A stretch of DNA of 64,000 nt from Methanothrix sp. (GCA_037128175.1 JBAXWY010000002.1:64001-128000), one strand, 5' to 3'; positions 29,000 to 39,558 are shown, numbered from the stretch's first letter. The notes: generated from the sequence alone by a model not told the origin. A program made the numbers and translations.

Positions 29000-29070
29000 G
29001 TCTTACCTCAGAGATGATAAGCGCATATCTCTACTAATAATTTTCCATGGAAAAAATTAAAAAAAATGCC

Positions 29071-30165
29071 TTAGCCAAAGATTTCCTGGGCCGGGCAATG
29101 GCAGACGAATCCCTCGAACTGCCCAGAGCTACGTAGAGCCTTCCAGGCATCTTTCAGGGAAGAGTCCTTGATATTGGCATAGCTCTCCTGCAAATAGGGA
29201 CAGGCCCTGACGCTGCCGTCAACCGCCACATGCATCCACCTTCTCCCAGCCATGCAGCCCAGCAATTGGCCCTCAAAATAGGTATTGGCAAAAAGCCGCG
29301 GGCCGCCCGGCGTGGAGTTGATCTTCTTGTAGAGGTCTATGATCTTCTCCTTCTCAATCAATGTCAGCTTTTCCTCAGGAGTCCTCGGCATGCCCTCCCA
29401 GATGGACAGCTCCTGCACCCCCAATTTTGCAGCCAAATCGTAGAGATCCGAGATCCTGTCCACCTGACCGGCCTTTATATGACAGGACATAGTTACCATC
29501 AATCCCGTCTGTAGAGCGATCTGTATGGCTTCTATTGCCTTGGCATGAGCCCCTACTACCCCCCTCACCAGGTCGTGCTCCTCGGGATTGGTGCTGTAAA
29601 CGCCAATGACGAGATTATAAAGCCCGGCTTCTCTGAGCTTGACCGCCTTCTCTACGGTCATGTCCAGACCCGGCGTGAAGAGGTTGACTACGGCCTTCTC
29701 CGGATCGACGTGCTTTATCAGTTCGTTGATATCCTCTCGCAAAAGGGGATCGCCTTCGGTAAAGGTGACGATGCAGGTGCCCATATCCAGGGCCTGGTCG
29801 ATGGTGCGCAAAATGTCCTCGCGGGAGAGCTCTCCCTCGCCCTCTTTTATCAGGCAGTGGTCGCATTTTGCCCCGCAGCGTCTTGTAACCTCGATGGAGA
29901 GAGTCTGAGGCACCGGCCGGCCTATCGCTGCCCGTGCTTCATTGACCAGAAGCCTCCGGAAGGGGCCGCTGGGAATGGGCGGAAGCCATGTACAGGCAAC
30001 GATATCCTTCAGCCTGACCTGAGCAGGCTTTTCTTCCGCCAGCCTCTGGTTTATCATCTTCAAAACCGGCTGGATCATCCGTGCCAGAGCGCCCGATGCC
30101 TGCAGGGCTCGAAGATCCCGATCATAGTCCACAGATAGCGCGGCCGTCTTGATAAGCTGGGTCAT
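29071..30165 (-). CDS. Radical SAM/SPASM-domain protein
   Basis: CGAKCDHC; C-terminal CMAG...CPY...C. Confidence 0.9.
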   Translation of the reverse strand: MTQLIKTAALSVDYDRDLRALQASGALARMIQPVLKMINQRLAEEKPAQVRLKDIVACTWLPPIPSGPFRRLLVNEARAAIGRPVPQTLSIEVTRRCGAKCDHCLIKEGEGELSREDILRTIDQALDMGTCIVTFTEGDPLLREDINELIKHVDPEKAVVNLFTPGLDMTVEKAVKLREAGLYNLVIGVYSTNPEEHDLVRGVVGAHAKAIEAIQIALQTGLMVTMSCHIKAGQVDRISDLYDLAAKLGVQELSIWEGMPRTPEEKLTLIEKEKIIDLYKKINSTPGGPRLFANTYFEGQLLGCMAGRRWMHVAVDGSVRACPYLQESYANIKDSSLKDAWKALRSSGQFEGFVCHCPAQEIFG

Positions 30166-30262
30166 TATGCTCCTACTTTTTCGTGGCAGTTATAGAGTTA
30201 TCGCTACAGGAAGAGATAAGGTTAAATTGACCTTGCCTCTTGTACGAAAGTGGTGTTGCGAA

Positions 30263-31444
30263 GTGTCTGAAGTTGTACTGGCCTATTCCGGCGGCCTGGA
30301 TACATCTGTTTGTATTCCGCTCCTCAAAGAGCGCTATGGATTTGATAGAATAGTCACCGTTCTGGTGGACGTAGGCCAGCCGCGCTCAGATATCGAGCGG
30401 GGAAACCGCAGAGCAAAGCAGCTGGCGGACGAGCACTACATCATAGATGCAAGAGAAGAGTTCGTAAAGGACTACATCTTTCCGCTCATCAAAGCCAACG
30501 GCTCTTATGAGGGATATGTTCTGGGAACGGCCATTGCCCGGCCGCTGATCGCCATCAAAGCAGTCGAGATCGCCAAGCAAAAAGGCATAAAGAACCTGGC
30601 GCACGGATGCACCGGTCGCGGCAACGACCAGCTGCGCTTCGAAGCCATCTTCCGGGCGACAGACTGCCGGGTCATAGCACCCATGCGAGAGTTGGACTTA
30701 GCCCGCGAATGGGAGATAGATTATGCGCGCGAGCACGGCATTGAAGTTACCGTAACCCGTGATCGGCCCTGGTCGATAGATGAGAACATCTGGTCCAGGT
30801 CCATTGAGGGAGGCCTTCTGGAGGACCCCTACTTCGAGCCGCCCGAGGAGATCTACGGCTGGACCAAAAAGCCGGATGCAAGCAAGAAGGCGCTGGTAGT
30901 GGAGATCGGATTTGTCCAGGGTGTTCCCGTCTCTTTGGACGGCGTGCCGATGGGTGGTGTTGAGCTGATTGAGAAGCTCAATTTGATGGGCGGCGAGCAC
31001 GGCGTGGGCAGGACGGATATGGTGGAGGACAGGGTGCTGGGCCTGAAGGCGCGCGAGAACTATGAGCATCCTGCTGCAACTATTATCCTCACGGCGCATA
31101 AGGACCTAGAGCATCTGGTCTTATCCCGGGCCGAGCTTCGCTTCAAGGTCATGGTGGATGAGGCCTGGTCGGAGCTGGCCTATATGGGCCTGGTGGAGGA
31201 TCCGCTATATCCTGATCTGAATGCCTTCCTGGATCAGTCCCAAAAGAGGGTCAACGGCTCGGTCAAGATGAAGCTCTACTGCGGAAATGCCATTCCCCTG
31301 GGCCGCCAATCGCCCGATGCACTCTATGCTCAGGACATGGTCTCCTTCGACTCCCAGACCTTGAGCCAGAAGGATGCTGAAGGCTTTGCCAAGTACCATG
31401 GCTTCCAGGCCAGGCTTCTCAAAAGGAAGCAACTTAAGAGCTAG
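30263..31444 (+). CDS. argG: Argininosuccinate synthase
   Basis: [38 protein letters not shown]; GTG start at 30263. Confidence 0.97.
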   Translation: MSEVVLAYSGGLDTSVCIPLLKERYGFDRIVTVLVDVGQPRSDIERGNRRAKQLADEHYIIDAREEFVKDYIFPLIKANGSYEGYVLGTAIARPLIAIKAVEIAKQKGIKNLAHGCTGRGNDQLRFEAIFRATDCRVIAPMRELDLAREWEIDYAREHGIEVTVTRDRPWSIDENIWSRSIEGGLLEDPYFEPPEEIYGWTKKPDASKKALVVEIGFVQGVPVSLDGVPMGGVELIEKLNLMGGEHGVGRTDMVEDRVLGLKARENYEHPAATIILTAHKDLEHLVLSRAELRFKVMVDEAWSELAYMGLVEDPLYPDLNAFLDQSQKRVNGSVKMKLYCGNAIPLGRQSPDALYAQDMVSFDSQTLSQKDAEGFAKYHGFQARLLKRKQLKS

Positions 31445-31449
31445 AAGAA

Positions 31450-31908
31450 ATGATGGTCAGGAGAGCTGAGCCCGGGGATCTGGCCCAGATCGTGCAGATC
31501 GAGGGGCTCTGCTTCCCGGAGGAGACCGCTTTTCCGCCCAAGATGTTCGCCTACCTGATACGCTATGCGGTGTCTCTGGTAGCCTGTGAGCCGGAGAAGA
31601 AAGTATTAGGCTTCATCATGGGATATACCAGTGGAAAGGCAGGTGCCGTCTATACCCTGGACGTCCATCCCGGATACCGCAGGAAAGGCATCGGCAGCAA
31701 TCTCCTCCAGTCTTTAGAGGATACCTTGGCACAACAAGGTGCCCAGGCGATCCGACTTGAGGCCGCTTTAGATAAGCCGGGAGCAGTAGAGCTTTACAGA
31801 AAAGCCGGCTACCAGGAGAGGGAGCTGGTCAGAAACTATTATGGTCGAGGCAATCATGCCGTGCGGATGTGGAAGAATTTGGATGTGTGCTTATGCTTAA
31901 CGACGTAG
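31450..31908 (+). CDS. RimI-like GNAT acetyltransferase
   Basis: LDVHPGYRRKGIG, LYRKAGY, NYY. Confidence 0.9.
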   Translation: MMVRRAEPGDLAQIVQIEGLCFPEETAFPPKMFAYLIRYAVSLVACEPEKKVLGFIMGYTSGKAGAVYTLDVHPGYRRKGIGSNLLQSLEDTLAQQGAQAIRLEAALDKPGAVELYRKAGYQERELVRNYYGRGNHAVRMWKNLDVCLCLTT

Positions 31909-32777
31909 CCCGGATGAGAAGCGGCGAGATGGAGGCCGAGCTTTCTGCCAAGGTAGATAAGCTGATAGACGAGTTCATGGCCATAGTTGACGCGAAGACC
32001 ATGGAGAGACATCTGCAGAGGGGAATTGCCAGAAGCCAGCTCCCCTGTAGCATGGTAGCCATCCTGGATAAAAATAGCCTCTCCATTCTGGCGCAGTTTC
32101 GGATGGAGAACAGGACCGCAAGCTATTTTTATAAACCTGATATCGCTCTGACGCCCCAGCAGGCGGCCAATAGCGCCCAGTGGGAGTTCGGCTTCGTGGA
32201 TGCCTTTATCATCCAGTTTCCGGCAAACTTAATAGAGCAAAACACCTCGGATCGGCATGCGGCTTTGCAAAAAGCGGCCTCTGAGCATATCGACTCGGAG
32301 TTCCTGAGGCTGGAAAATATGCTCAGCCTCATGCGCACCCGTCCTATATTTGGACAGGCCGCCGAGCCGGTAGGCGCAAAGACGCTCCTTCTGCTCCTGC
32401 CCCAGGATGCGAACCTGCGAGGAAATGAAGAAACCATTCTAAATGCGAGCCGGGCCAACAACCTGCCTATTGTTGAGGCAGAAGACATCAGGAGCGGTAG
32501 ATCTGCAGTACGTGAGATGTGGCATTCACTCAATCACGCGGCTGTGATCATTGCCGATCTCACGGGACCGGACGGCGGGGTGATGTATGGCCTGGGCATT
32601 GCTCATACCCTGGGAAAAGAGACGATATTGATTCACCCGCAAGGCTCAAAATACCTGACGGATATTCCCAGAACATACAGAATAGAGTACGAGGAAAGCG
32701 ACACCGGCAGGGCAAAGCTGGAAGTGCAGCTTTCCCGTATGCTCGGCAACATGCTGGCACCTGCTGTAGAAGATTAG
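31893..32777 (+). CDS. Hypothetical protein with C-terminal nucleoside-deoxyribosyltransferase/TIR-like domain (degenerate)
   Basis: IIADLTGPDGGVMYGLGIAHTLGKETILI vs family pattern IADLT..NPNV.YELG.AHALGK. Confidence 0.7.
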   Translation: MLNDVARMRSGEMEAELSAKVDKLIDEFMAIVDAKTMERHLQRGIARSQLPCSMVAILDKNSLSILAQFRMENRTASYFYKPDIALTPQQAANSAQWEFGFVDAFIIQFPANLIEQNTSDRHAALQKAASEHIDSEFLRLENMLSLMRTRPIFGQAAEPVGAKTLLLLLPQDANLRGNEETILNASRANNLPIVEAEDIRSGRSAVREMWHSLNHAAVIIADLTGPDGGVMYGLGIAHTLGKETILIHPQGSKYLTDIPRTYRIEYEESDTGRAKLEVQLSRMLGNMLAPAVED

Positions 32778-32869
32778 GCCAAAGCCATATATATGTCCTG
32801 TATTTATACGAAGCTGCGACTCCGAATTCAGGTCTCCGAGCTTCATTTGACCCAGGAGGGGAAAAGAGG

Positions 32870-34006
32870 TTGAAAAAGATAAGGTTGGCAATCGCGGGCT
32901 TGGGAAACTGCGCAAGTTCCCTGATTCAGGGGATCGAATATTATAAACATACGGATGAGAAAGAATGCATCGGACTTATGCATTATGATGTATGTGGTTA
33001 CAGAGCTGGCGATATCGATGTGGTAGCGGCCTATGACATAGATGTGCGAAAGGTGGGAAAAGACGTAAGCCAGGCCATATTTGCGCCACCCAACTGCACC
33101 AAGATTTTCTATCCTGATGTTCCCCGCAAAAACGTCGAGGTCAAGATGGGGCCGGTTTTAGACGGCGTTGCTCCTCATATGCTTAATTATCCTGAGGACA
33201 AGAGATTCGTCGTAGCTGATGCCAAGCCATGCGACGTGAGAAGAGAGCTGGTAGAGAGCCGCGCTGATGTGCTGGTAAATTATATGCCGGTCGGCTCGGA
33301 AGAGGCCACGCGCTTTTATGCGCAAGCTGCCTTAGATGCGGGAGTAGGCTTTGTTAACTGCATGCCGGTCTTCATCGCCTCCAACCCAACGTGGGCCAGA
33401 AAGTTCCAGGAGGCAGGGGTGCCAATTGTTGGCGACGACATAAAATCTCAGATCGGTGCCACCATTGTGCATCGCGCTCTCACCCAGCTCTTCAAAGACA
33501 GAGCCTGCGTCCTGGACAGAACCTACCAGCTCAACATTGGCGGGAATACCGATTTCCTGAATATGCTCAATCGGGAGAGGCTGAAATCCAAGAAGATCAG
33601 CAAGACGGAAGCTGTGCAGTCTATTCTGGATGTGCCCATGAACGATGATGACATACACATCGGCCCATCCGACTATGTGCCCTGGCAAAAAGACAACAAG
33701 GTCTGCTTCCTGAGAATGGAAGGCAGGGTCTTTGGAGATGTGCCCATTAATCTCGAGCTGCGCCTCTCCGTGGAGGACTCGCCCAACAGCGCAGGAAGCT
33801 CCATTGATGCCATAAGGATCTGCAAGCTGGCCAAAGACAGAAAGATAGGAGGGCCGCTTCTAGCCATATCCGCTTATACTATGAAGCATCCGCCGGTGCA
33901 GTATCCAGATGACGTGGCAAAAGAGATGGTGAATAAATTCATCCTGGGAGATGCAGGCGAACGGGAGAATGCCAAAGCCTCGCTAGCCGCAGGCTGTGAT
34001 GGGTGA
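32870..34006 (+). CDS. ino1: myo-Inositol-1-phosphate synthase
   Basis: GLGNCASSL, NYMPVGS, GDDIKSQ.GAT, QLN.GGNTDFLNM, DSPNSAG; stop codon lies inside the IS end. Confidence 0.95.
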   Translation: MKKIRLAIAGLGNCASSLIQGIEYYKHTDEKECIGLMHYDVCGYRAGDIDVVAAYDIDVRKVGKDVSQAIFAPPNCTKIFYPDVPRKNVEVKMGPVLDGVAPHMLNYPEDKRFVVADAKPCDVRRELVESRADVLVNYMPVGSEEATRFYAQAALDAGVGFVNCMPVFIASNPTWARKFQEAGVPIVGDDIKSQIGATIVHRALTQLFKDRACVLDRTYQLNIGGNTDFLNMLNRERLKSKKISKTEAVQSILDVPMNDDDIHIGPSDYVPWQKDNKVCFLRMEGRVFGDVPINLELRLSVEDSPNSAGSSIDAIRICKLAKDRKIGGPLLAISAYTMKHPPVQYPDDVAKEMVNKFILGDAGERENAKASLAAGCDG

Positions 34007-34150
34007 ACTACCGCGTCCTGAAGGGCGCGGCTTCCCACTTCATCGCCAAAACTTGCCTCACAGATATGTGATGTAGAGATTTCGACTCGATGGGCGCTAC
34101 GGGCTGTTCCATCCCTGAGATGAGTATGTTCCTGGAAGCATTGTAGTCTC
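33983..34150 (-). ncRNA. Predicted TnpB omega/reRNA with guide starting CCATCACAGCCTGCGGCTAG
   Basis: By established TnpB biology the RNA overlaps the tnpB 3' end and right end, and the guide is the flank beyond TTCAC; 5' end approximate. Confidence 0.6.
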
Positions 34151-35192
34151 GATTGCATGAGAAGTCGCAATAAGGGCACTCATGTACTCGTACCGACAGA
34201 TCTTTCTTTACGATGCTTCCACAAGCGGAACACCTTTGAGTGGTATTTCTGGGATCTACTTTTATCAACTTTCGACCAGCACTTTGAGCCTTGTACGAAA
34301 GCATGAATATGAATTTTGACCAGGATGCATCATGTATGCTGCGATGCATACCATTATTATGGCCTTTCTCTTTCAGACCTTTGACATCAAGATCCTCAAC
34401 ACAAATGATATCAAAGTTATTGACATAGGTACGAGATAACTTATGCAGGAAATCGTCTCGTTGACAGTTGATTCTCTTATGCAGCTTGGCGATCTTATCC
34501 TTGAGGGACTTATAATTATTAGATCCCCTCACCGCTCTGGCTAGCTTTCTTTGCAGCTTTGCCAGTTTATCAGCAGATTGCTCGGCACATCTTGGATTCT
34601 CTATCTCATTGCCTTCGGAATCAACCACGAAGGAAGTCAAACCGACATCCAGACCTACTGCTTCCTCGGTTTCTGGTAATGGCTGTGGTTCCTGATCGGC
34701 TTGGACTATGGCAAACCATCTCTTGCCTTCTCTCTTGATTATGACGGCTTTGATGCAACCTTCGATCTTTCGATAGATCTTGATCCGCATTTCTCCGATC
34801 TTGGAGAGATGTAATATTCTATGATCTTGATCGATTTTGAAACCTGATTGGTTGTAATTTAGGGTGTTATACCAGCCATATCCTTTGAAACGGACATGAC
34901 CGATCTTTCGACCATTCTTCTTGGATGCTGCAAGTCCCTTGAAATTAGACCAAAGGGTATAATTCACCATCTGAAGAACTTTAGAATAGACAAGATTCAG
35001 CTTCGGATTCTCAAGCTTCAGAGATGGAATCATGTTCTGAGTATCATAGGTCTTGAGCTTGATGCCTTTTTCTTTCGCTTCATTCAGGTCTTTGAGAAGC
35101 CGATTATAGAGCCATCTACAAGCATCCAAATTCTCCGCTAGCTTCCATTGAGTGATATTGCTCGGGAAGATGGGATACTTGTAGCTGATCAT
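34008..35192 (-). CDS. tnpB: RNA-guided endonuclease TnpB
   Basis: RuvC motifs GLDVGL, VEDL, RDYNAS all intact; Zn finger CSAC...CPYC; N-terminal SYKYPIFP/CRWLYN. Confidence 0.95.
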   Translation of the reverse strand: MISYKYPIFPSNITQWKLAENLDACRWLYNRLLKDLNEAKEKGIKLKTYDTQNMIPSLKLENPKLNLVYSKVLQMVNYTLWSNFKGLAASKKNGRKIGHVRFKGYGWYNTLNYNQSGFKIDQDHRILHLSKIGEMRIKIYRKIEGCIKAVIIKREGKRWFAIVQADQEPQPLPETEEAVGLDVGLTSFVVDSEGNEIENPRCAEQSADKLAKLQRKLARAVRGSNNYKSLKDKIAKLHKRINCQRDDFLHKLSRTYVNNFDIICVEDLDVKGLKEKGHNNGMHRSIHDASWSKFIFMLSYKAQSAGRKLIKVDPRNTTQRCSACGSIVKKDLSVRVHECPYCDFSCNRDYNASRNILISGMEQPVAPIESKSLHHISVRQVLAMKWEAAPFRTR

Positions 35193-35283
35193 CAAACAAA
35201 TACAGATATGCACACATAATATTTATATCAGTTGAGGGCGGCGTGAAAGTAATCATGGCAGGCAAAGGACTCCGCTTTCATCC

Positions 35284-35330
35284 TGTGGCTGACGTTGTCA
35301 GCCACTCCCCCGGGCTTGCAGTCCGGGAGA
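35284..35330. repeat. 47-bp double-hairpin insert in the IS left end
   Basis: GTGGCTGAC-GTT-GTCAGCCAC and CCCGGGCT-TGC-AGTCCGGG; removing it restores TCCCCAccctgaaagaTGGGGA. Confidence 0.65.
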
Positions 35331-35370
35331 CCACCCTGAAAGATGGGGACTTCCCGCTTCGTCCTTCGCA

Positions 35371-35644
35371 ATCCTACAAGTTAAATAATTGTTCTTTCAA
35401 TGATCAGGCAGGCTACGTTGTCTCTGGAAAGATCCGCATTACCGTGGACGGCAAAAGCTGCGATCTGGGCCCGGGGGACAGCTACTTTGCCCCATCCGGC
35501 GCCCTGCACTCTGCCCTAGCTTTGCAGGAATCTGTGGTGGTCGATACATTCAGTCCGCCTAGAGTTGACTATCGCGCCCACCCTGTCGACGAGGGGCCTA
35601 CTATCCAAACGATTATTAGTAATGAAATCAATAAGAATCCTTGA
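35371..35644 (+). pseudogene. Orphaned cupin domain lacking its own start
   Basis: DQAGYVVSGKIRITVDG...LGPGDSYFAPSGALHS...DTFSPPR; the upstream part of ORF 35243 is IS left-end DNA. Confidence 0.75.
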
Positions 35645-35651
35645 CTCTCCC

Positions 35652-37133
35652 ATGGATCCGATCAAGAAATTCATAATTAAAGCCCGGCACAGCTTCTTTA
35701 TCTTTGGCCTGGCCAGCATTCTCTGGTTTATCTTCCGGACAGGCAGCAAGCCCACCCGCATGATCTACCCTTGCCAGCAGGCCTCGGTAGCCAGCGGAGG
35801 CCTGTGGCTCGCAGCCTACGTTCTGCCTTTATTCATGGCCGTTCGATCACCAGGGGCAGCCAGGAGAGGCAAAGGCCGGATTCTGGCCGGCTTTCTGCTG
35901 CTCCTGATCATTTCTTTATTTGTCCTGGGTGGTTCATTCAACATCCCGGGCCAGGCAGATGTAGCGGGAGATGATGCGCCTGTGGCCGGCATTGGAGACA
36001 CGATCTTGATCAACCTTTCCCAAATGCGCTCGCAATTCCCAGAGCCCTCCGACATCTTTGCGGTAACCGGCACCACAGGAAATGACGATGCGGTGATGAG
36101 ATTGGTAGAGCTGATGCAGAGCCACGGCCTGCCCTTCTATGCCCAAAACGGCTCTTTTGGCATCATCGGCAAAGATGACGTAGTAATAATCAAGGTCAAC
36201 AGCCAGTGGGATGAGAGAGGTGGCACCAATTCCGATCTGGTCAAAGCACTCGTACAGGCTATCCAGGAGCATCCCCAGGGCTTTACCGGCGAGGTGGTCA
36301 TTGCCGACAACGGCCAGGGCCAGTATGGCTCGACTGGCAGTGGAGGCAGCCTGAGTTATGCTCTAAACAACGCAAAAGACAAAGCCCAATCCATGCAGGC
36401 TGTGGCTGACTCCTTCCCGGATCAAAAGGTATCGACCTATCTCTGGGATACGATCACCAATAAGAAGGTCGGTGAATATGCGAAGGGTGATATGGCCGAC
36501 GGCTACATCCTATCCGGGCCGCCTGATGAGCAGACTAAAATCGCCGTCACCTACCCCAAATTCCAGACCAAATACGGCACCTACATCAGCTTTAAGCTGG
36601 GCGTCTGGGATGCCGCCAATGGGAGCTACAACTCCCAGCGGCTCAAGGTGTTAAACGTTCCTGTACTCAAAACACACGTAATATACGGTGTAACGGCCTG
36701 CATCAAGCACTACATGGGAGTGGGCTCCGATAAGCTCAGCCGGGAAGCAGGCGGCAGGTCCCATAACTCAGTAGGCTCAGGGGGCATGGGAACAGAGATG
36801 GCCCAGACACGATTTCCCGACCTGAACATCCTGGATGCCATCTGGATTAACGCTCATCCCAAAGGCGGGCCCCGCACCTCTTATGAGCAAGCCAGCCATA
36901 CGGGCATAATCGCTGCCAGCACCGATCCTGCCGCCCTGGACTATTGGACCGCCAAGAACATCCTCATGCCGGCTGCCCGGAATTTAGGCCATGATGATCT
37001 GGAGTCCATGGACCCGGATAACACCTCGCCCGGCTCTTTTGGTGATTGGCTGAGGCTTTCCTTGGCCGAGATACAAAAAGCAGGGCACAGGACCACGGTG
37101 AGTGAAGAGAGCATGAATGTCTATCTCATATAA
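35652..37133 (+). CDS. DUF362-family membrane-anchored protein
   Basis: WFIFRTGSKPTR..YPCQ, VIIKVNSQW, NVPVLKTH..YGVTACIKHYMG, STDPAALD. Confidence 0.8.
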   Translation: MDPIKKFIIKARHSFFIFGLASILWFIFRTGSKPTRMIYPCQQASVASGGLWLAAYVLPLFMAVRSPGAARRGKGRILAGFLLLLIISLFVLGGSFNIPGQADVAGDDAPVAGIGDTILINLSQMRSQFPEPSDIFAVTGTTGNDDAVMRLVELMQSHGLPFYAQNGSFGIIGKDDVVIIKVNSQWDERGGTNSDLVKALVQAIQEHPQGFTGEVVIADNGQGQYGSTGSGGSLSYALNNAKDKAQSMQAVADSFPDQKVSTYLWDTITNKKVGEYAKGDMADGYILSGPPDEQTKIAVTYPKFQTKYGTYISFKLGVWDAANGSYNSQRLKVLNVPVLKTHVIYGVTACIKHYMGVGSDKLSREAGGRSHNSVGSGGMGTEMAQTRFPDLNILDAIWINAHPKGGPRTSYEQASHTGIIAASTDPAALDYWTAKNILMPAARNLGHDDLESMDPDNTSPGSFGDWLRLSLAEIQKAGHRTTVSEESMNVYLI

Positions 37134-37139
37134 AATAAT

Positions 37140-38033
37140 TTAAGGCAATATTGCAAAAGCCCTTGCAGGAAACCCTGATCCACCCTCGGGTTTTGGAAAG
37201 GCAACCACGATCAAAGCTCCATATTCAGGCACCTTGTCAAGACTAGCGAGCAGTTCTATCTGGAAATGGTCCCGTCCCAGGATATAGGACTCCAGCGTGT
37301 AGTTATCTTTAGTCGTCTGGAATCCAGGATCTGTATCGGTTGTCTCATGACCGGATGCCGTGATCTTCCGATCCTCATAGAGGTAGCGCAGCACCTCCAT
37401 GCTCCAGCCCGGATAATGCAGTGTCCCATTGCGGTCTCCATTCAGCATGGCAGTCTGGTTGGGCCAGCGTTTGGACCAGTCCGTCCGAAGAGCCACGAAG
37501 CATCCTTCCGGTATCTTGCCATATCTGGATTCCCATGCTAACACGTCATCCATATTGATGGTATAATCCGGATTTTCAGACACCTTCTGATGTATATCCA
37601 GTACTACTAAAGGCAGCACCATCTCCTTGACGTCTATCTGATCAACGGTGCGTTTCCCTTGATGGAAATGTACAGGAGCGTCAACATGGGTGCCCCATTT
37701 CCCTACAATGCTGAACTTCTGGGCCAAAAAGCCTGAGGTGCTGAAGTTGAAGACCGTCTCTACACTCTCATTGGGAAAGCCCTCCCAATGAGGTATTCCC
37801 GGTCTGAAGCTATGGGTCAGGTCTACATAATCCTTTGATTTCAATAGATCAAAAACCTGCCACAGAGATGGATTTCCGAGAGAAGAATTGTCTTTTGAGT
37901 CTTCTGCCCCTTGGTAAGCATTAGGGTCGGACGGTTCATTCAAACCCGCCGACAAGGGGAGCAGCAGCAATAATACAATAATAGAAATCGACCGGATGCA
38001 TACAATCAAAATGTGTTTGAACGATTTTCTCAT
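37140..38033 (-). CDS. Secreted cyclase-family (kynurenine formamidase-like) protein
   Basis: VDLTH, GTHVDAPVHF, LRTDWS, GSGFPARAFA; signal peptide. Confidence 0.9.
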   Translation of the reverse strand: MRKSFKHILIVCIRSISIIVLLLLLPLSAGLNEPSDPNAYQGAEDSKDNSSLGNPSLWQVFDLLKSKDYVDLTHSFRPGIPHWEGFPNESVETVFNFSTSGFLAQKFSIVGKWGTHVDAPVHFHQGKRTVDQIDVKEMVLPLVVLDIHQKVSENPDYTINMDDVLAWESRYGKIPEGCFVALRTDWSKRWPNQTAMLNGDRNGTLHYPGWSMEVLRYLYEDRKITASGHETTDTDPGFQTTKDNYTLESYILGRDHFQIELLASLDKVPEYGALIVVAFPKPEGGSGFPARAFAILP

Positions 38034-38153
38034 AACCTTATGACCGGTCCCAGAGCTTCATCTATCTTCATTCAATCTGATTGCGAGAGCTTTCGCAGTG
38101 ATTTTCAGTATCGTTCTATTCTTTTATAAATTTTCCTGCAAATGTGCTATGAT

Positions 38154-38705
38154 TTAACGGGATAATAGCTTGCTTCTACTGAAGCGGATCTTTGGCCCAA
38201 AGATGGGGCTCAAGCCTGCCTGTCGAGCAATGTCGATCGTCCTTTCAAAAACAGTTGCCGAAACATGGAACATGGGCTCAACAACCAGCAGCTTTCCTTT
38301 GGGCTTGAGCATGGAGGATATCTCCTTCAGGAAGGCTTTTGCATTGGGCACTTCATGAACCATGTAAAAAGCCAGAGCAAAATCAACCTTCTCAGATAAG
38401 CCGATCCGGTCCGGACCGCTCTTATGTGTGACTATTCTTGATTCCAGTCCCTGCTGGGCCGCTTTTTTCCTCACGATTTGGAGCATTTCCTCCTGAACGT
38501 CAACGGCTATGACTTTTCCCGATTCGCCTACCATCTTTGCCATAGCAATAGAAAAAGTACCTGGCCCGCATCCAAGATCGAGAACGGTCTGTCCTGGTTC
38601 AATATATTCACCCATGATTTTTTGTGGATTATGGATGATTCTACGAATTGGGTTGTCCAAAGCGAAGGCAATCTTCCAGGAACAGATGTGTGATGTTTCG
38701 CTCAT
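38154..38705 (-). CDS. Class I SAM-dependent methyltransferase
   Basis: VLDLGCGPG, AVDVQEEML, LKPKGKLL. Confidence 0.9.
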   Translation of the reverse strand: MSETSHICSWKIAFALDNPIRRIIHNPQKIMGEYIEPGQTVLDLGCGPGTFSIAMAKMVGESGKVIAVDVQEEMLQIVRKKAAQQGLESRIVTHKSGPDRIGLSEKVDFALAFYMVHEVPNAKAFLKEISSMLKPKGKLLVVEPMFHVSATVFERTIDIARQAGLSPIFGPKIRFSRSKLLSR

Positions 38706-38909
38706 TTTAGGACCTCATGGTGGATATGCATCTCTCGCATGGCACATACTCGTTCTTGTGGATAAAGGTGGTGTACCACTACATGGCATCCGGAGTTCTA
38801 ATCTAAATGAGATCGGCTTGGGGCATTATCATGGCGTCAGGAAGATAAGCAAGGAACTGAAAGAAAGATCGGCAAAGGCATTGGTCTGAATCATTGTCTG
38901 GGATTAATT

Positions 38910-39542
38910 ATGAGAAATTCGTGGATCCTACTTATCCTTACATTTGTGTTTATGTCAAGTTCAGCTCAAGCAACATTGGCGAATTGCCCGGCTTGTATGG
39001 GAGAACAACCTGATTGGGCACAAAGCGCTACTGCATTTTTGGAAGGAACGCCCATGCAAGACACACCATCCACTCTGAGCGGGCCAGAGCAGGCTAGACT
39101 ACTAAATGCACAAATCGATGCAAGGAAAAAAGCAAGTCAAGCTTCAAATACGGCAGGTAATACAACCGTAAAGCCGATGCATAGTTCGACTGCATTGTTC
39201 GACATTGACCTGTTTGACATACGCGCTGTGCCCAATCCCGCATATTTCAATGATGAGGTCAAAATAATAGCAGTTTTCGGGAATGCCAGCTCTAACTTAA
39301 CAACTCCGGATAACCCATCGAAAATAATAGATCTGACCCATCTTACGATCTATGCCGACATCAGGAACTCAGCAGGATTAGATGTTGGCAAGGTTAATCT
39401 GAGACCATCATCTGAGAATGGATATTCCGGAATCTGGAATGCCAGTGTAGAATCAGACATCTATAATGCAACAATCGAGGCATCTGGCCCCGACGGATCA
39501 AAGACGTTTAATGACGCCCTGCAAATAGCAGTAATCCGGTAG
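38910..39542 (+). CDS. Secreted hypothetical protein (CPAC motif, Ig-like C-terminus)
   Basis: Signal peptide; NCPAC; YSGIWNA....IYNATI.A. Confidence 0.75.
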   Translation: MRNSWILLILTFVFMSSSAQATLANCPACMGEQPDWAQSATAFLEGTPMQDTPSTLSGPEQARLLNAQIDARKKASQASNTAGNTTVKPMHSSTALFDIDLFDIRAVPNPAYFNDEVKIIAVFGNASSNLTTPDNPSKIIDLTHLTIYADIRNSAGLDVGKVNLRPSSENGYSGIWNASVESDIYNATIEASGPDGSKTFNDALQIAVIR

Positions 39543-39558
39543 GCATTGCTTGTAACGA

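Larger units (their letters stand above)
34003..35370 (-). mobile_element. IS200/IS605-family TnpB-only (IS1341-type) element
   Basis: Right end (reverse strand) GGGAAGCCGCGCCCTTCAGGACGCGGTAGTTCAC; left-end hairpin TCCCCA...TGGGGA followed by CTTCCCGCTTC; no tnpA; left boundary inferred. Confidence 0.85.

Noticed and set aside
32519-32869. N-terminal extension of Ino1 in the ORF track
   Set aside because: It overlaps the upstream gene; the RBS and family N-terminus place the start at TTG 32870.
35243-35370. N-terminus of the 133-aa cupin ORF
   Set aside because: It is translated IS left-end DNA, not cupin sequence.
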